NCBI GenBank assembly: GCA_035546035.1
Contig: DASZXC010000008.1
Span: 5,202-69,201 of the forward strand
Reading direction: 5' to 3'
Origin: Minisyncoccota bacterium
GTDB lineage: Bacteria; Patescibacteriota; Minisyncoccia; Phycocordibacterales; UBA6065
Length of the DNA: 64,000 bases
Of the stretch, positions 63,874 to 64,000 are shown one piece after another. The notes below the pieces were generated by a model. The model did no database searches and was not told where the DNA came from. It saw only the letters and a program-made list of their open reading frames with translations. Position numbers and translations under genes: made by a program. The stretch's first letter is position 1, and every line of letters starts with the position of its first letter.

Positions 63874-64000
63874 ATCGCTTCCGGCATAGCTTCGGCCCCG
63901 CGACGTACGTCGCGGGGCCTTTTCTTTTCCCTATCTTCCCGCGCCTTAAATATCCAGCGCTAATTTTTCGAGCTCTATGGCGAAATCCGCCTGGCCGCGA

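Noticed and set aside
1-64000. CRISPR arrays, transposases, integrases, prophage
   Set aside because: No short direct-repeat/spacer array was found. No ORF has recognisable transposase, integrase, Cas, terminase or capsid motifs. The only mobile-element-like signal is compositional (lower-GC patches at 46150-46830 and 50500-52020).

Overview
This is a 64 kb window of a high-GC (about 60% by eye), gene-dense bacterial chromosome, and most genes lie on the minus strand. The content points to a small-genome Candidate Phyla Radiation / Patescibacteria-like organism. The signals are a streamlined core of ribosomal proteins, aminoacyl-tRNA synthetases (aaRS) and recombination genes, a pilMNO type IV pilus operon, many secreted or S-layer-like surface proteins including lamin-tail-domain (LTD) proteins, and rplK not followed by rplA. 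That assignment is an inference from gene content, not a database result.

Recognisable core genes:
- Ribosomal proteins: rplJ-rplL, rpsF-ssb-rpsR, secE-nusG-rplK, rplS, rpsT.
- Recombination and repair: recA, recO-like, ruvA, ruvX, fpg.
- Translation: efp, metG, glyQS, ileS, argS, queA.
- Other: ftsK, tatD, folD.
- A compact dTMP-synthesis cluster: dut-tmk-glyA, a thyX-like gene, an NDT-like gene and dCMP deaminase.
- Seven tRNA genes.

The most unusual items are these:
1. IleRS carries an in-frame insertion of about 210 aa that reads as a complete histidine-phosphatase (PGAM-like RHG) domain.
2. The ThyX-like gene is a tandem duplication with complementary degenerate motifs, and it sits inside the dTMP cluster.
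3. An S41 peptidase has an embedded J-domain-like segment without HPD.
4. A membrane-anchored beta-helix plus LCAT-like lipase lies in a 7 kb cell-surface gene block with LTD proteins; a paralogous LTD protein sits at the other end of the window.
5. A secreted protein carries triple C-x-D...N-Y-G...C-x-Y-P repeats that are visible at the DNA level, and it is co-operonic with a surface-anchored partner.
6. Two lower-GC patches of hypothetical genes lie beside the tRNA cluster.
7. Several terminator-flanked intergenic gaps (11657-12219, 38436-39152, 46138-46362) may hold small RNAs or small proteins that I cannot resolve without tools.

No CRISPR array, transposase or integrase was recognised.
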